64,000 nt of DNA. Source: an uncultured virus (IMG/VR IMGVR_UViG_3300006922_000014) (Duplodnaviria > Heunggongvirae > Uroviricota > Caudoviricetes). Position numbers and translations under genes: made by a program. Numbering within the stretch: position 1 is the stretch's first letter; each line of letters begins with the position of its first letter. Below, one piece after another: positions 30,701-41,200 of this stretch. The stretch is taken from IMG/VR virus record IMGVR_UViG_3300006922_000014. One strand, written 5' to 3'. The notes under the pieces are model-generated. The model was not told where the DNA came from and made no database searches. It saw only the letters and a list, made by a program, of their open reading frames with translations.

Positions 30701-33700
30701 ACAAAACAACTTACCTGATTCTATTACACTTGCTGATATAAACGTATTAGGGAGTAACCTTTTAAAAGGTGGAGTAAGAGTAGGTGGCTTTGCATTAAGT
30801 ATGAATGCATTAGCAGGAAATCTTAAAATAGGTGGAACAATATATACTGGAGCAAGCAATCCGTTTAAATATCATGAAGCATTTCATGCAGTATACAGAT
30901 TATTATTAACACCAGAAGAGCAAGTTAAGTTAAGAGCAATTGCTAGAAAAGAAGTAAGAGCTCAGCTTAGAAAAGAAAATAAATCATTTGCTAAAGAATT
31001 ACAGAAGTTTAAAAATACATCTGAGCAATATGATAGCTTAAGTTTAAAAGAATTAGAAAATCTTTTCTATGAAGAATATATGGCGGATGAGTTTAATAAA
31101 TTTAAATTAAATCCAAGAGATACAAATACAGATTCTGTTGTTAAGTCATGGTTCACTAAACTTCTTGATTGGTTAAAAGGTATATTCTCTAAGTACACAA
31201 AGACTGAATTGCAAAGTTTATATGAAAACATAGACTCTGGTAAATATGCACAGGCTGAGTCAGTATCAAATGAGTTCACGGATAACTATAGCAACGAGAT
31301 AGTAATAGCAAATGCTGTTATCCCATATGAGCAAGTACAAGTAGGTACAAGTAAAGGTCAACTATTTTTGGATAGTAGTGTAGCTAATAATATAGTTTTA
31401 ACTATGGCGGCTACATTTGTAGAAAGACAGCAACAAGATCCTAAAGTTTCCAGAGAAGATAGAATGTCAGAAATATTAGATGACTTTGAGTGGTTATATA
31501 GTGTTGACAATCCATCTAATGAAAGTAATATGAATGATGATGAAAGATCTAAACTCTTACAAAAGATTACAGATTCTTTTATATACTCTAATAGCTATGA
31601 AGACCTTACTGAGTCACCTTATTATAAAGCTGCTTTTGATGTTCTAGATACAATAGACTTTCAAAAAGCAGAAGAGGTAGAAGAAGCGGATAGTCTTGAG
31701 CAGGATCAAGGTCTAAGAAATGTAACTCAGTATGGCAAAGAAGCATACCTCAACGGTAGCTTTAGCTCACTGTCATCTTACTTTAGAAAGTATTTAGCTA
31801 CAATAACAAGAGCTGAGTCAGATATATTTGGTAATACAACAATAACAAGAAAAGATAATAGAGAGGAAAAGTTAATTGTACCTATAAATGTATATAACAC
31901 TTATAACGGTATCATGAAAGCTATGGAAGGCAGAACTGAGCCTATGGAAATTGTTCAGTCTTTAGCTTTATTTTCTACCTCAAATCCAGATACAAAAGCA
32001 GCAGTTAACAAAATATTTACTGACTTAGGTATAACTATGGGTGAGTCAATATCAGATATGGTATTACCAACTAAGATTAACAATAGTATTTTGTTCAACC
32101 AGCTAAAAGCATTTAGCAATTTTAAAGTTGAGTGGTTATTTCAAAAGACAGATAATAATGGTAGTTTAATTACCTTTTCTGCTGCAGAAAGAGATGATGC
32201 AAATACACAGTTGTCTCTATGGAGCCAGGCTTATACTTCATTATTACAAGAGTGGAAGATAAAACCCCAAGAAAGAGCCGATGCAGTAAAATCTATAAGT
32301 AGACTCAGACAGTTACTGCTAAGTGGTAAAAAGTTTAATGATCAAAAATTAGATGACTCAAGTAAAAGTGCAGCTAAAAAAATATTTGATGACACAGGTA
32401 TAAGTTTATCTCCACAGTATATAAAATTCAGTATACTAAAGTCTAATGGTACAAATGAAGAACACCCAGATCAAGAATTACTTTTATCATTAAACGCAAA
32501 TGCAGAGCCAATTACGGCTGAGCAACTTTATTTTATATCTGAAATTATAAAAAGTAAAGAGACAGCTCATGAACTATATAGTGATGAGAAAGGTGCAGCC
32601 GGTAGACTAAAGTCTATGGCAGTTAACAATGCAGTATTTGATGAGAGCATTGGTTTATCCGTATTTAAAAATGTAAATGGTGATTTAGTAAATGCTCATC
32701 AAAAGCCTACATACCATTTAAAAAGAATAAAGGAATTAAATTATCAGGCAAAATTACAAGAGTTATCAGAAAAAGAATACTTGTCAAATAATTACCTTTT
32801 AAATAATGATAAGTTTAAAGCAATGTCTGATGCCAATATGCTGTCAGTACAAAGAGTATCTGGTGTTGCGGAAGTTAAAACATTAGATAGAGATGTTGAT
32901 TATGATCAATATATAAGTGGAGTGTTGAATACAACAGAGTATGGAAGCTTCACAGCTGGTCAGTTCATGTCAAACTTAATTAACAATTATACATTAGACT
33001 TTAACCCAAAAACAAATAAGCTTAAGAAGTCTGTTGTAGTAAACCAAGAAACTGGTCTAGTTGAACAAATAGCTACCTCTCCTATTCAGATAAGAATTCT
33101 AGAATCATCTAATACTAATGATATGACAACGTTACCAGTTACAATTGCAGTATCTGGTAAAGATGGAAAAATAACAGACACTATAATAGATGCATCATTT
33201 GATTTTGTAAAAAATGAGTATGATAGAATTGTTAGAGAGCAAGGTGAAAACAAAACAAAAGATTCATACAAAGGATATGATGATAGAAAACTTAGTTTTG
33301 TAAATAATTCAGATTTAATTTCTGAAGAGTTAAGAAAATCTTTGGAGGTTTCTGCTCAACAAAAAGTTGGAGAAAATCTTGAAGAGCACTTTACTTTTAA
33401 AGAAGCATTAAAAAATAATGAATTATCAGAAAAACAATTTAAAGATCAGTTAAGAAGTAATTTAGAAATTAAGTATAAAAGATTTAAGTCTTTATATGAT
33501 ACTCTTAAGATAGATAATAAAATATCTAATGAAATAAAATCTGGTATAGTTCAAGACAGAACTGGTGTGGATAGAGCGAATGCTGTAGCTGCTGCAGAAA
33601 AACTAAACTTAAGAAAAGATTTAGATTATAACTTAAGACAGATATTTTTTAATGATTATATAAATACAAAATCTATAAATGAACTTCTTCTTGGTGATCA

Positions 33701-36700
33701 GGCATTAATACTTAAAGACTCAGTTGATAAGATTAAAAGAGCTAAGGGTCAGAATGCAGCATTTGATAATGTATATACTAACATGCTTGATGCCAATTTA
33801 GGTGTTGATACCATGACTGAAAATATATCAGTATTAACATTTGATGATCCTATTTTGAGTTCTTGGTTTACTGGTCAAGGTATTGAAAGAGCAGATGCAC
33901 AGGTTTACTTAACTACTAAAGCATTTAGAAACTTCTGGTTTGGTTTAGGTAAATTGACTAAGTCACAAGCTGACATTATAACTAAAATAGAACGAGGAGA
34001 AAAAATTACATCAAGTGATATCTATGATGAAGGAGGATTAATACAAACAGACGGGATGTTAAACTCTAAGAAGTTTGTTCATTTTGACGGAGAGCAGTTT
34101 ATTAAAATGTCTGCTTTTGTTTTATCACCTTCATTTACATCTATAGATACAGGGAAGAAAGATAATAACGGTAATGTTATTTGGGAAGAGAACCCATTAA
34201 GACCAGAGCTTCATAAACTAAGAGAAGACCTTGAAACTATTCAAAGAAATACAGGTAACGTGGCAATTGCAACACCTGTTAGTGCACAGAAAATGGCTAA
34301 GAAAAATATACAGCTCTTAAATGAAAGTATATCAGAGCCATCTTCTATAATAAGTGCTAAAGATTTTGGACTACAAGTTGTAAACCCAAGTAATAAAAAC
34401 TCTGTTACTGAAGTAAGTCAAATAAAGCTATTAGCTACTAATGAACAAGAGGACTCACAACAAGTAAACATACCTGGTTATCCAGCTCTTACAACTATAA
34501 AGAAAGTTAAAGCATTCTATAATGATGCATTGAAGAAAAGAGTTGTTCTTAAATTTAAAAATAAAAGAAATCTAGTATTTACTTTTGATGGTATAATGTC
34601 AGAATTTAATGTAAGTAAAGAAAGAAATAATCTTACACCTGATCTTGCAGCATTTTTAAGTTATGCAATTAATTCTTTAAAAGCATCTAAATCTAGCAGT
34701 AATGTTATTGAGTTTTTTAGTATTGATCCTGTATCAGGGCAACCTAAGTTTGACTTCAATAACCCATTGGCTATTGCAAAAGCAGAACAGTTATTTTTAA
34801 GTTACTTCACTAAAGGTGTATTCCAAGAAAAGATACCAGGTCATGGTTTGGCCCTGGTTTCTGACTTTGGAAATAACATATATAGAAGAGTATTTAGCGT
34901 TGAAGAAATAAAAGATGAAGCTGGTAATAGTAAATTCTTACCTCTTAGACATGAAGTAATAAGAGAATCTGTTGCTGTTAGAATGAGTGCTTTAGATGTT
35001 AAACAATTCTCTATGGCTGAGTTAGCTCAAAAACAAATACCTAAAGAAGGTATAGTTGTAATAGATAGACTTAGATATGGTCTACAAGAGTTTGATGATA
35101 AAGGTAGATCAACAAAACAACGTTATTCAGAGAGCATGATGCCTGCTCACTTCAAAGATGTATTTGAAAAGGTTGCAGAAAAAGGCGGTCCTATACCAGA
35201 GATGATTGCAAAAATGTTTGCTGTGCGTATACCATCACAAGATAATCATTCTACAATGAATATAAAACTTGTAGACTTTATGCCTGTTTATTATGGTTCA
35301 TCAGCAATGTTTGCAGCTGAACTTGTAGAAGTGTCAGGAGCGGATTTTGATATTGACAAAGTATATACTCAAATATTAGAATACTATTACTCAAAAGAAG
35401 ACAAAAAGTTTTTCCAATATGGTGCCACGCAAGGCAGACAGTATAAAGATTATGTTGAATATATCAATAGAAAAGTTAAACAAGACACAATCTATGCTGA
35501 GGCATTAAAGTCATTTAAGGTTCAAGGTTCTAGATTGGAAGACAGCTATGATGATAACTTTATCATAGATCAAATGTTTACTGATGATGCGCTTAAGGCT
35601 ATAACAAGATTAGGGCTTCCCGTAACTAAGGCTCAGTATCAAAAGTATAAAGAAGAATATGGTGAGCCATATGAAGCACCTATTAATAATGCGGTTCTCA
35701 ATATGAGATATGCACTTATGGGTAATGAGGCAGTACAAGATATTTCTTATACTCCAGCTACACTAGATGCAGTTAAAGAAGCATATGCAAGTTTAGAAAA
35801 ATTTGCACCTATCTATACTCAATCCATGAATGGTTCTGAGGTTGATGTAGATGATATAAATGGTAAAGTAATATCATTTATTAATAATAAAGGTGCTGCA
35901 ATTGGTAGAGCTGTATCACCAAACTTAGCTATCAGTTTATTAAGTGAGTATAAAATAAAACTACCTGGAGAATTACAGTTCAGTATTCTGAATAAGCCAT
36001 ACACCGGTTTTGACAAAGCTAATACTACCGAAGGTAAAAGAAAGCAAGATACAATATCTGCTATAATAACAATGCTTACTGATAACTCTAAAGAGAACTT
36101 TATGTCAAAGCTTGGTATGCACAAACAGGCAGTACCAAGAGCTGTAACAATGGTTGCTTTAGGGGTTCCGTTGTCTGATGCAATACTTATATTAAATTCA
36201 AAAATAGCTAGGGATTTATTTGAACAAGCATCCAACAAAATACAGAAGTTTGATCCAGGGTTTAAAGGTCTTGTTAATCAAGAGCTAGCATTTAAGCAGG
36301 GTCAATTAAAAGATGATAAACTAAAAATAGATATAGGTACAGGAATAAAAAGTAAAGAAGATCTTGGTGGTTTAGTTGAAGGCAGCGGTTCTTTCAAACA
36401 AGAGTTAGAACTGCTACAAATTTTATCTACGGTAAATACTATAAATGAATTTATTGGTAATATGAATGCATTAACTGGTATATCAGGTAGTGCAGGGCTA
36501 GGTAAAAACTTTGCTGACATAGCATCAATTAAAAAAGACTTGCAGAAAATAGGTGCAATAGAAAAAATTGGAGAGAGACCAGCAATTAATATTAAACCTA
36601 TTCTTGAAAGTAGTTTTGTATCAGCCAATTTAAATATCTTTAATGAGATAACAAATGAGCTTTTACCACAAGTATTCTTAACAGCAACTCCTGTATTTAA

Positions 36701-38288
36701 TGAGCTCTATGAAAAACTTGAAAAGTCATTTGCTGTAGATGCTATAACTTTTAATGAAGAGACAGAGCAGAAGATTAGAAGAGATATGCTTTCTTACTTT
36801 ACTATAAAAGCATATATGCATAACAATGCAAACACACAGAATAAAGATGCGGGAACATTAAGCAATAAGCTTATATACCCTATGCAAGATGCACAAAATA
36901 TTTATGATTCTATTAGAAGACTGAATGCTGCAGACAATGATAACTTTTTTCTTAAATCATTTGTTACACAGTTACCTGTAAATGCAGAGTCTAACAAAAC
37001 AGGAATTAATATTTTAGCTGCTAATTCATGGAGAAACCTAAATAAACTTCAGAAGATAGATCTTCAAACCTCATTTGCAAAGTTGTATGGTAATCCTGCA
37101 ACAAGAAAAGATGCGTCAACAATTGTAAATTATATTATGGTTAAAGATGGTTTGCAGCTTTCTAAAGATAGCCTATTAGAAGCTATATCTCCTTTTGTAA
37201 TGGATTCTTATCTACAACAAATAGAGACTGCTAAAGATTCTTTACTTAATGATAAAAACTATAAAGAGGCTTTTGGTTTAACAAAAGATGAGTTATTTAA
37301 TGAGTATGAAAATGGATACCTATCATCTAATGTTGGCATGTTTAATCTTACATTTAAAGAGGTTAGAACAGGAGTTGATGGTTCATCAAATATACAAACT
37401 ACAATTAAAGGTAAAACATCACTAAGTAAAGAAGGTGTGTTAACATTATCTGCTCCTAAGAATTCACAGGTTGATGGTGCATTTACTTTGGAAAATCAAC
37501 CAAAGTACTTAAGATATTATACTGAAACAGATACTGGATTTAAAGTAGAAAGATCAAATAAATTATTTTTATTAAGAGAAGGTCAAGAGAAAAGCACATC
37601 ATTTGTGTATGATGAAGTTCCGTTTATGGGATCAAATTATCAAAATGCAATAGGATTCATGTTTGGCCCTAGAGATACGCATGCAACAGTTAGAAATAAT
37701 ATTAATAATAAAACTGATATTATAGGAAATATAGATGACATGCTTGGTATAGATCAAGCAATTGATTCATTGGATATTGAAAATTTTAATTTAGATAGAT
37801 CAAAATCTATATCTGCTCAAGCACTTAGAAATGAAAGTTCAAATATTAACGCTGATGAAAACAGTATTTCTATACAAATTGATCAAGCAGCAAAACCTAA
37901 AAACATTGGCTCTGTTAATGCAAATGATTTGCTAGGTAATATAGAAGCAGTAAATAATATTGAGAAGCAATCAAAAGGTGTTGTTTCAGCAGAAAAGAAT
38001 TTACCAGTCTTAGATTACAATCAGCAAATCAAACTAGATCTTTTTAATCAAAACATTGATGAGAAAAGCAAGTATCCTCAAATTACTAAGTTTTATAATG
38101 ATACAATAAATGCGCCATACATAGCAGACGAGTTTACTGAGATGAGAAAGAAATTGGCTGATAATAAAATTGTATCTTTGGGAGATCTTATAGCATTATA
38201 TGAAAACAAAATATTGTCATATGACGGGAAGACAGAAGAGGAAAAAATTAAAAATTTCTTAGAAGAAATCAAAAGATGTAATTTATAG
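24714..38288 (+). CDS. Giant virion-packaged DNA-dependent RNA polymerase (crAss-like), fused to a zincin-like domain and an N-terminal hydrophobic region
   Basis: Catalytic loop VRIPSQ...SGADFDIDKVY (about 35337-35360) matches the DFDID motif of crAss-like virion RNA polymerases such as phi14:2 gp66. YHEAFH lies at about 30870-30887. The N-terminal part has Ala/Gly-rich hydrophobic helices. Confidence 0.9.
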   Translation: MEEVNKNLPSSGSNLTDQILADTTALNPIDSSKPYVSIADIMDDDPTAVSDEYKNMISAYQTDIDKFGPINMGNINSDIPSPTFSTLPNQNTDTYESEMNSLIKSIGAPMVKEEGALAKPIFENVRSLNFDRQYKSDAFGDIGFTPYADMDTIYNQNMTAWDGWQRGWEQFQHLAGTGFVSSYRSIADFFDGDDYLSSPDLTSAYEMEDAMRIGGSTDGSFIGKAGNLGLNFGYTAGIVASVAFEEVVMAAAAAAGTIPSGGSSWGAFAAGTLANLRKVGNLFDVTRAAKASRDLVKTLKNIENARSFYNVSRGVATAGLKFVAPELTHAIQNWKTTGNTAKNLLNIGKNTHVFGAFYRDMRMINASMSESKMEAGMVFNQIEMNGLNYFNYKNGAGNGITEQQAKDTRIKAAEGAFKAQMRNFLIIHASNRIVLKNAFGGWQRKLGKETQRVLRGQGGKAIKAEKYLFKRVPQEIKLAFKAQGWKGVPKVLGSQMLKYAAANLAEGVQEVSQEAISAATVGYYSSLLRDPLAGAPSTYGAFGQQAVGNVFSKEGAEVFASGFFMGGLAGPYQQVLFQGMPALFRKGQSVYNKSTVKEGETAADPYTEYNAAREKAVDDVVNYINKINDQQMNAEKPLEAILSENQLKLSLQKQQQGLMNLNIAMGDKKEYFDNRNFAEFDALKKAFDTGSIVFLKDNLVNLNKLNDKDLVDAFKGSGRSAKSLRNKISTQLERIDSFGKTVTDNMGGLFPTKYDPKQFDPGTEEFIKESFKLQAYEQTKLLYMFTNESFKNAAIRQSEIENRLETEPLISNQGATDIRLLYTKDTIEQELNTLETEIDAYENTPEGKKLKSKKQKKKKALEKYLKIFTDPKNLTKKGYFARNKVKTSGLDAAFKNYIETLADKSSDFVDYGKVKEALILITDHVALQEDASAFSKSVDLLTNPKVQEQLEERATEYLEYIYKNRKTIYKRQTEAFIDSVEKTKLLNGLAEVDILMEENFTREFLQDEVSLEDLLQAVNEGKLIQNGRRLNPNVIKDAESLAKAVAIIKNYIGVKVQQERESEVSDEAVANAEILDIEETLQQAGVDVEVDEQVDSNILNEILKQQYLKYRANDKSSDPLDFSQWSATNEALKIKKAFIAIKRIWAKGYSTTVEEYGNLVEKSRIPSAGDIDEEKGFQEYLDSREAIENPIIEDILRQLDLSYDIFTNRNINKKSNLKPIKGGDGVNFRVISIDVADEDQKLYKIINNNGSDLSAVQLDAISGQGVYNNARAALDQFTILEEEYSDGSTFKFDGLTLIRGQFVYDKVTGEEFRVAVNRPLGDNIQLVTPEDYGKPYADRKQKAITESELDFSERYYDEKLIVDKVPDGTAKITADNIANIYVRENAGESKESAEKRLSWIINNLTDNVYNNLVIDVKPNPNKAATQFSYSGTALPNKYILTKGEPYNIQIRIKDELTLLDVNQKLQAVGLQPISDKNNGIIGNIANSSYIYKVGNKEYTPSTMPVDLAKNIFNVDTSKTTIEQELAKAIDSTTKKNVLVNFLNKQYASGITDITFESLKKNGFSIVREDGYPDYNTDNPLTVLSDFYKAGLSSDGKGGILIYDITRDKNGESIGEPEVISNLIDDELKILEKEAREGLQNGLWSKMLGPNSLGYTERYQYVIKQPNGVYTLATAKTIGQDKTIISDFVTGMMNKVIELKEGNKEKNIKPSINEKGNYINGQTQQTVGQEIDVFNLENNKNIRIAMVPGFDVTINVAPFGKIRAVVEKNRSKITSTYLELSEIKASSDPLKQLNDLLKKINADLDVAGYSTVNISLDQFTTSLSLNANVQTTLESLGTKLTPRVRRNSKLNFETTSAANQASYDKDVNSSAEDNTNKILNLGNKITTNAVFTETLGYTDAEGNPITVGEEKTATSTDGSIDLASITQSPLDQLNVKLKEIEDTTKKEVGARGLTKALRNDPVYQKLKQARDKLISNKVVTNFTAQDVQSLNEFTVWAQNNLPDSITLADINVLGSNLLKGGVRVGGFALSMNALAGNLKIGGTIYTGASNPFKYHEAFHAVYRLLLTPEEQVKLRAIARKEVRAQLRKENKSFAKELQKFKNTSEQYDSLSLKELENLFYEEYMADEFNKFKLNPRDTNTDSVVKSWFTKLLDWLKGIFSKYTKTELQSLYENIDSGKYAQAESVSNEFTDNYSNEIVIANAVIPYEQVQVGTSKGQLFLDSSVANNIVLTMAATFVERQQQDPKVSREDRMSEILDDFEWLYSVDNPSNESNMNDDERSKLLQKITDSFIYSNSYEDLTESPYYKAAFDVLDTIDFQKAEEVEEADSLEQDQGLRNVTQYGKEAYLNGSFSSLSSYFRKYLATITRAESDIFGNTTITRKDNREEKLIVPINVYNTYNGIMKAMEGRTEPMEIVQSLALFSTSNPDTKAAVNKIFTDLGITMGESISDMVLPTKINNSILFNQLKAFSNFKVEWLFQKTDNNGSLITFSAAERDDANTQLSLWSQAYTSLLQEWKIKPQERADAVKSISRLRQLLLSGKKFNDQKLDDSSKSAAKKIFDDTGISLSPQYIKFSILKSNGTNEEHPDQELLLSLNANAEPITAEQLYFISEIIKSKETAHELYSDEKGAAGRLKSMAVNNAVFDESIGLSVFKNVNGDLVNAHQKPTYHLKRIKELNYQAKLQELSEKEYLSNNYLLNNDKFKAMSDANMLSVQRVSGVAEVKTLDRDVDYDQYISGVLNTTEYGSFTAGQFMSNLINNYTLDFNPKTNKLKKSVVVNQETGLVEQIATSPIQIRILESSNTNDMTTLPVTIAVSGKDGKITDTIIDASFDFVKNEYDRIVREQGENKTKDSYKGYDDRKLSFVNNSDLISEELRKSLEVSAQQKVGENLEEHFTFKEALKNNELSEKQFKDQLRSNLEIKYKRFKSLYDTLKIDNKISNEIKSGIVQDRTGVDRANAVAAAEKLNLRKDLDYNLRQIFFNDYINTKSINELLLGDQALILKDSVDKIKRAKGQNAAFDNVYTNMLDANLGVDTMTENISVLTFDDPILSSWFTGQGIERADAQVYLTTKAFRNFWFGLGKLTKSQADIITKIERGEKITSSDIYDEGGLIQTDGMLNSKKFVHFDGEQFIKMSAFVLSPSFTSIDTGKKDNNGNVIWEENPLRPELHKLREDLETIQRNTGNVAIATPVSAQKMAKKNIQLLNESISEPSSIISAKDFGLQVVNPSNKNSVTEVSQIKLLATNEQEDSQQVNIPGYPALTTIKKVKAFYNDALKKRVVLKFKNKRNLVFTFDGIMSEFNVSKERNNLTPDLAAFLSYAINSLKASKSSSNVIEFFSIDPVSGQPKFDFNNPLAIAKAEQLFLSYFTKGVFQEKIPGHGLALVSDFGNNIYRRVFSVEEIKDEAGNSKFLPLRHEVIRESVAVRMSALDVKQFSMAELAQKQIPKEGIVVIDRLRYGLQEFDDKGRSTKQRYSESMMPAHFKDVFEKVAEKGGPIPEMIAKMFAVRIPSQDNHSTMNIKLVDFMPVYYGSSAMFAAELVEVSGADFDIDKVYTQILEYYYSKEDKKFFQYGATQGRQYKDYVEYINRKVKQDTIYAEALKSFKVQGSRLEDSYDDNFIIDQMFTDDALKAITRLGLPVTKAQYQKYKEEYGEPYEAPINNAVLNMRYALMGNEAVQDISYTPATLDAVKEAYASLEKFAPIYTQSMNGSEVDVDDINGKVISFINNKGAAIGRAVSPNLAISLLSEYKIKLPGELQFSILNKPYTGFDKANTTEGKRKQDTISAIITMLTDNSKENFMSKLGMHKQAVPRAVTMVALGVPLSDAILILNSKIARDLFEQASNKIQKFDPGFKGLVNQELAFKQGQLKDDKLKIDIGTGIKSKEDLGGLVEGSGSFKQELELLQILSTVNTINEFIGNMNALTGISGSAGLGKNFADIASIKKDLQKIGAIEKIGERPAINIKPILESSFVSANLNIFNEITNELLPQVFLTATPVFNELYEKLEKSFAVDAITFNEETEQKIRRDMLSYFTIKAYMHNNANTQNKDAGTLSNKLIYPMQDAQNIYDSIRRLNAADNDNFFLKSFVTQLPVNAESNKTGINILAANSWRNLNKLQKIDLQTSFAKLYGNPATRKDASTIVNYIMVKDGLQLSKDSLLEAISPFVMDSYLQQIETAKDSLLNDKNYKEAFGLTKDELFNEYENGYLSSNVGMFNLTFKEVRTGVDGSSNIQTTIKGKTSLSKEGVLTLSAPKNSQVDGAFTLENQPKYLRYYTETDTGFKVERSNKLFLLREGQEKSTSFVYDEVPFMGSNYQNAIGFMFGPRDTHATVRNNINNKTDIIGNIDDMLGIDQAIDSLDIENFNLDRSKSISAQALRNESSNINADENSISIQIDQAAKPKNIGSVNANDLLGNIEAVNNIEKQSKGVVSAEKNLPVLDYNQQIKLDLFNQNIDEKSKYPQITKFYNDTINAPYIADEFTEMRKKLADNKIVSLGDLIALYENKILSYDGKTEEEKIKNFLEEIKRCNL
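38171..38180 (+). promoter_or_regulatory. Bacteroidota-type -7 promoter box (TATCTTTG) inside the 3' end of the RNA polymerase gene
   Basis: TGTATCTTTG matches TAnnTTTG, about 110 nt before ATG 38292. Confidence 0.35.
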
Positions 38289-38291
38289 AAT

Positions 38292-41200
38292 ATGGGAAAG
38301 TGTCACAATAAAAATCTAACAACGTATAAAAACTTAAAGAAAGTTTTCAAGACTGATATTATAACAAATAATGTAATAAATCAATATCAAAGACTTTCAA
38401 AAAGTGATACTATACCTACTGTTGTAGAAGCACAAAATATGATTGCTGATAGAAAAGTTCTTTTTAACTTAAAGCAAGAAGAGTTTGGGGTTGCATTATT
38501 AAATAATCTTAGAAGGCTAAACATAATACACAGTTTTGGGGGTAGGTACTATATCAATAATACTGATTCAGATACATTACAACCGAGTCAAACACTTATA
38601 GACTCTAATGTTAGAAGGTTGAATAGATATCTTGAAATAAATAACATACCTATTGAGTCTGTAGATATAGTTAAAACAAAAAAAACATTTTCTGTATCTA
38701 TTGATCCATCTATTTTTTCTGCAACTGACATGCTAGAATCTTCTAGGGCATGGGATAAACCCAGAGCTAGAAAAGTAGTTTCACATTTAATGAGAATGTT
38801 TCCTGGAATTAATGTTAAGTTAATGTCAGTAAAGGATGCAGAAAATCTTTATGCTAGTATACCTCAATGGAAAAAAGCAAAAGTTCCTTTTAATAAAATA
38901 AACTCATTTTATCTGGATGGTACTGCTATATTAATAAATGGCAGAGTAACAGATGAAATAGCAATAGAAGAAGTCTTACACCCTTTTATAGATGCTGTAA
39001 AACTGGATAATGAAAACTTATTTAATTCTTTATTAGATGAGGCACAAAGGAATTTTCCTGAGATGACTCAACAAATAAAAGATGCTTACCGTGGTAAAAG
39101 AAGATTTACAGAAGCAGATGTTCAGTTAGAAATTGTAACACAAGCATTATCCAGACATTTTAATAATGAATATGAGAACACCCCAACTAAAAGTTTTACT
39201 GATAAAATAAAACAATTTTTAGATTGGTTTTCTAAAATTATTAAAAACCTCAATGAGGTAATTACAGGCCGTGTTATTGAAGTAAATAATATATCTGAGA
39301 AAGCAACCTTAAGTGACATTGCTAAACTACTTAATACAGATGGTATATCATTTAAACTAGATACACCTGTAAATGGCAGAATAAGATACAGTCTATCTCC
39401 TGAGAAACAAAAGATAGTTAATGTAGCAAAAAAAGAAGGAGGAGTTCTACAAAGAAGAATGATTGATAGATTGTTTCACAATGTTGAAAGTGCTAAAGAG
39501 GAATCAGATACTTTGTCTGCCTCAGAAGGAGTTACTTTTAACAGTGATGACTTAGTTATTTTGAATAAAGAAGACGGTAAATATTATAGTCTTACTAGTA
39601 AAAAGCCTTTTATATCTGCTAAAGAAGCGCTAGGTAGAAAAGAAACTAAAGAACAACAGCTTATTAAAAATGATTTAAGTACAATGTTAGATGCTATTGC
39701 ATCTCATGAGTCTTTTGATAAGATATCTGATAAGATTACAAATATAGAAACTGAAGTTGCTAAACAGGCTTTTAGTAATATAGTAAACCAGGTTAATACA
39801 GTCAAAAGCCAAGGAGATGTTATGTTAACTAATGTGGTCTTTCATGACGCATATACAGAGATAGCTTCTAAAGCAGACATAGTTTTGGTTGCATCAACAG
39901 GACAACTTAAAATTTTACAAATACAATTAAATGAATCAAACGTTTTAAAGACAAACCCTAAGACTTGGACCAAAGGTATATTTACTTCTACTAAAGATAT
40001 GGGTATATTATATGGTGATAAGAAAAATCCCTACAATGTAGATAAGGTAACCCTTGCAGAAACAAGTATGTATGCAAAACTTACTGATACAAAGTCTTTA
40101 ACACTCAAAACATTAGATGCTTTGGAAGTAAACCTTCTGCAAAGAATGGTTGAAAATATGGGCTATGATATTGAGTATGGTGTTGGTAATGTTGCTAGTC
40201 TACTAGTTTCTTATAATGGAAAGAAAATAAGGTTTGATGGTAATGAGCCTCATGGGTATAAGCAAAATGCAGAAAAGGTTAATATCTTAATACCTGCTAT
40301 AGATACTAAGTTAGCAGAACAAGAAATATCAGATCAAGTACTTAAAGACGCAGCAGAACAAATTTATAATGCTGAGCAAGATATAGAATCTGCTGAGAAT
40401 TTTGCTGATACTGTTGATCCTTCAGAATACCCTGAACAAGGAACTGTTCTTGGTGCTTTGGAAACATATGAAAAAGCTTTAAAGAGCAAACAAGAAGTAG
40501 AAGATTTATTAAAAGAAAACATATATAGAGATAGATCAAAAGAAGATGTGCAAGAAGAAATAGCAAGTACATTAAGTTACATAGCTCTTGCTAAACAAGA
40601 AGGTCCTATATCACAGTCTAGAGTGTACACAAGATTATTACAGGATGCTCTAAGACAGATGAAGTCATTTAAAGAATATGCTACTGATCCTAAGAATCAA
40701 AGTAAAAAAGAATACATAACGTATATACTAAACTTTAATAGATTTCTTTCAACATTTGAAGGGCTTCATGCTATAGAAGCTAATAAAGAATTAAATGCAA
40801 CACAAAGATCATTATTAGGTAGTATTAATATTGAACTTACTCAACTACTTGGTAATGATATTGTATCAGACGTAGGTGCTAACAGAGGTATAATTAAAAC
40901 AGCTATACTTGATTATGTTGCTACTGTAATCAGGGCTTTTGCAAAGAAAGGAAAAAAGACAGATGCTGAAACAGTCATACAGTCACATTCAGGACAGACA
41001 ATTACTCTTGATGATCTAGATGAGTTATTTACTCTTGTGCCGGATATATCTAACTCAGAGCTTTATGCTAAGGATTTAGCAACATCCAAAGATGTTATTC
41101 TTGCAACTATGGATAAAATATTTAAGTTTAAAAAACAAGAGTTTTTAGATAAAGTTCAAGCTAGAAAAGCAGATATATTAGATGCAGGTAAAACACTACT

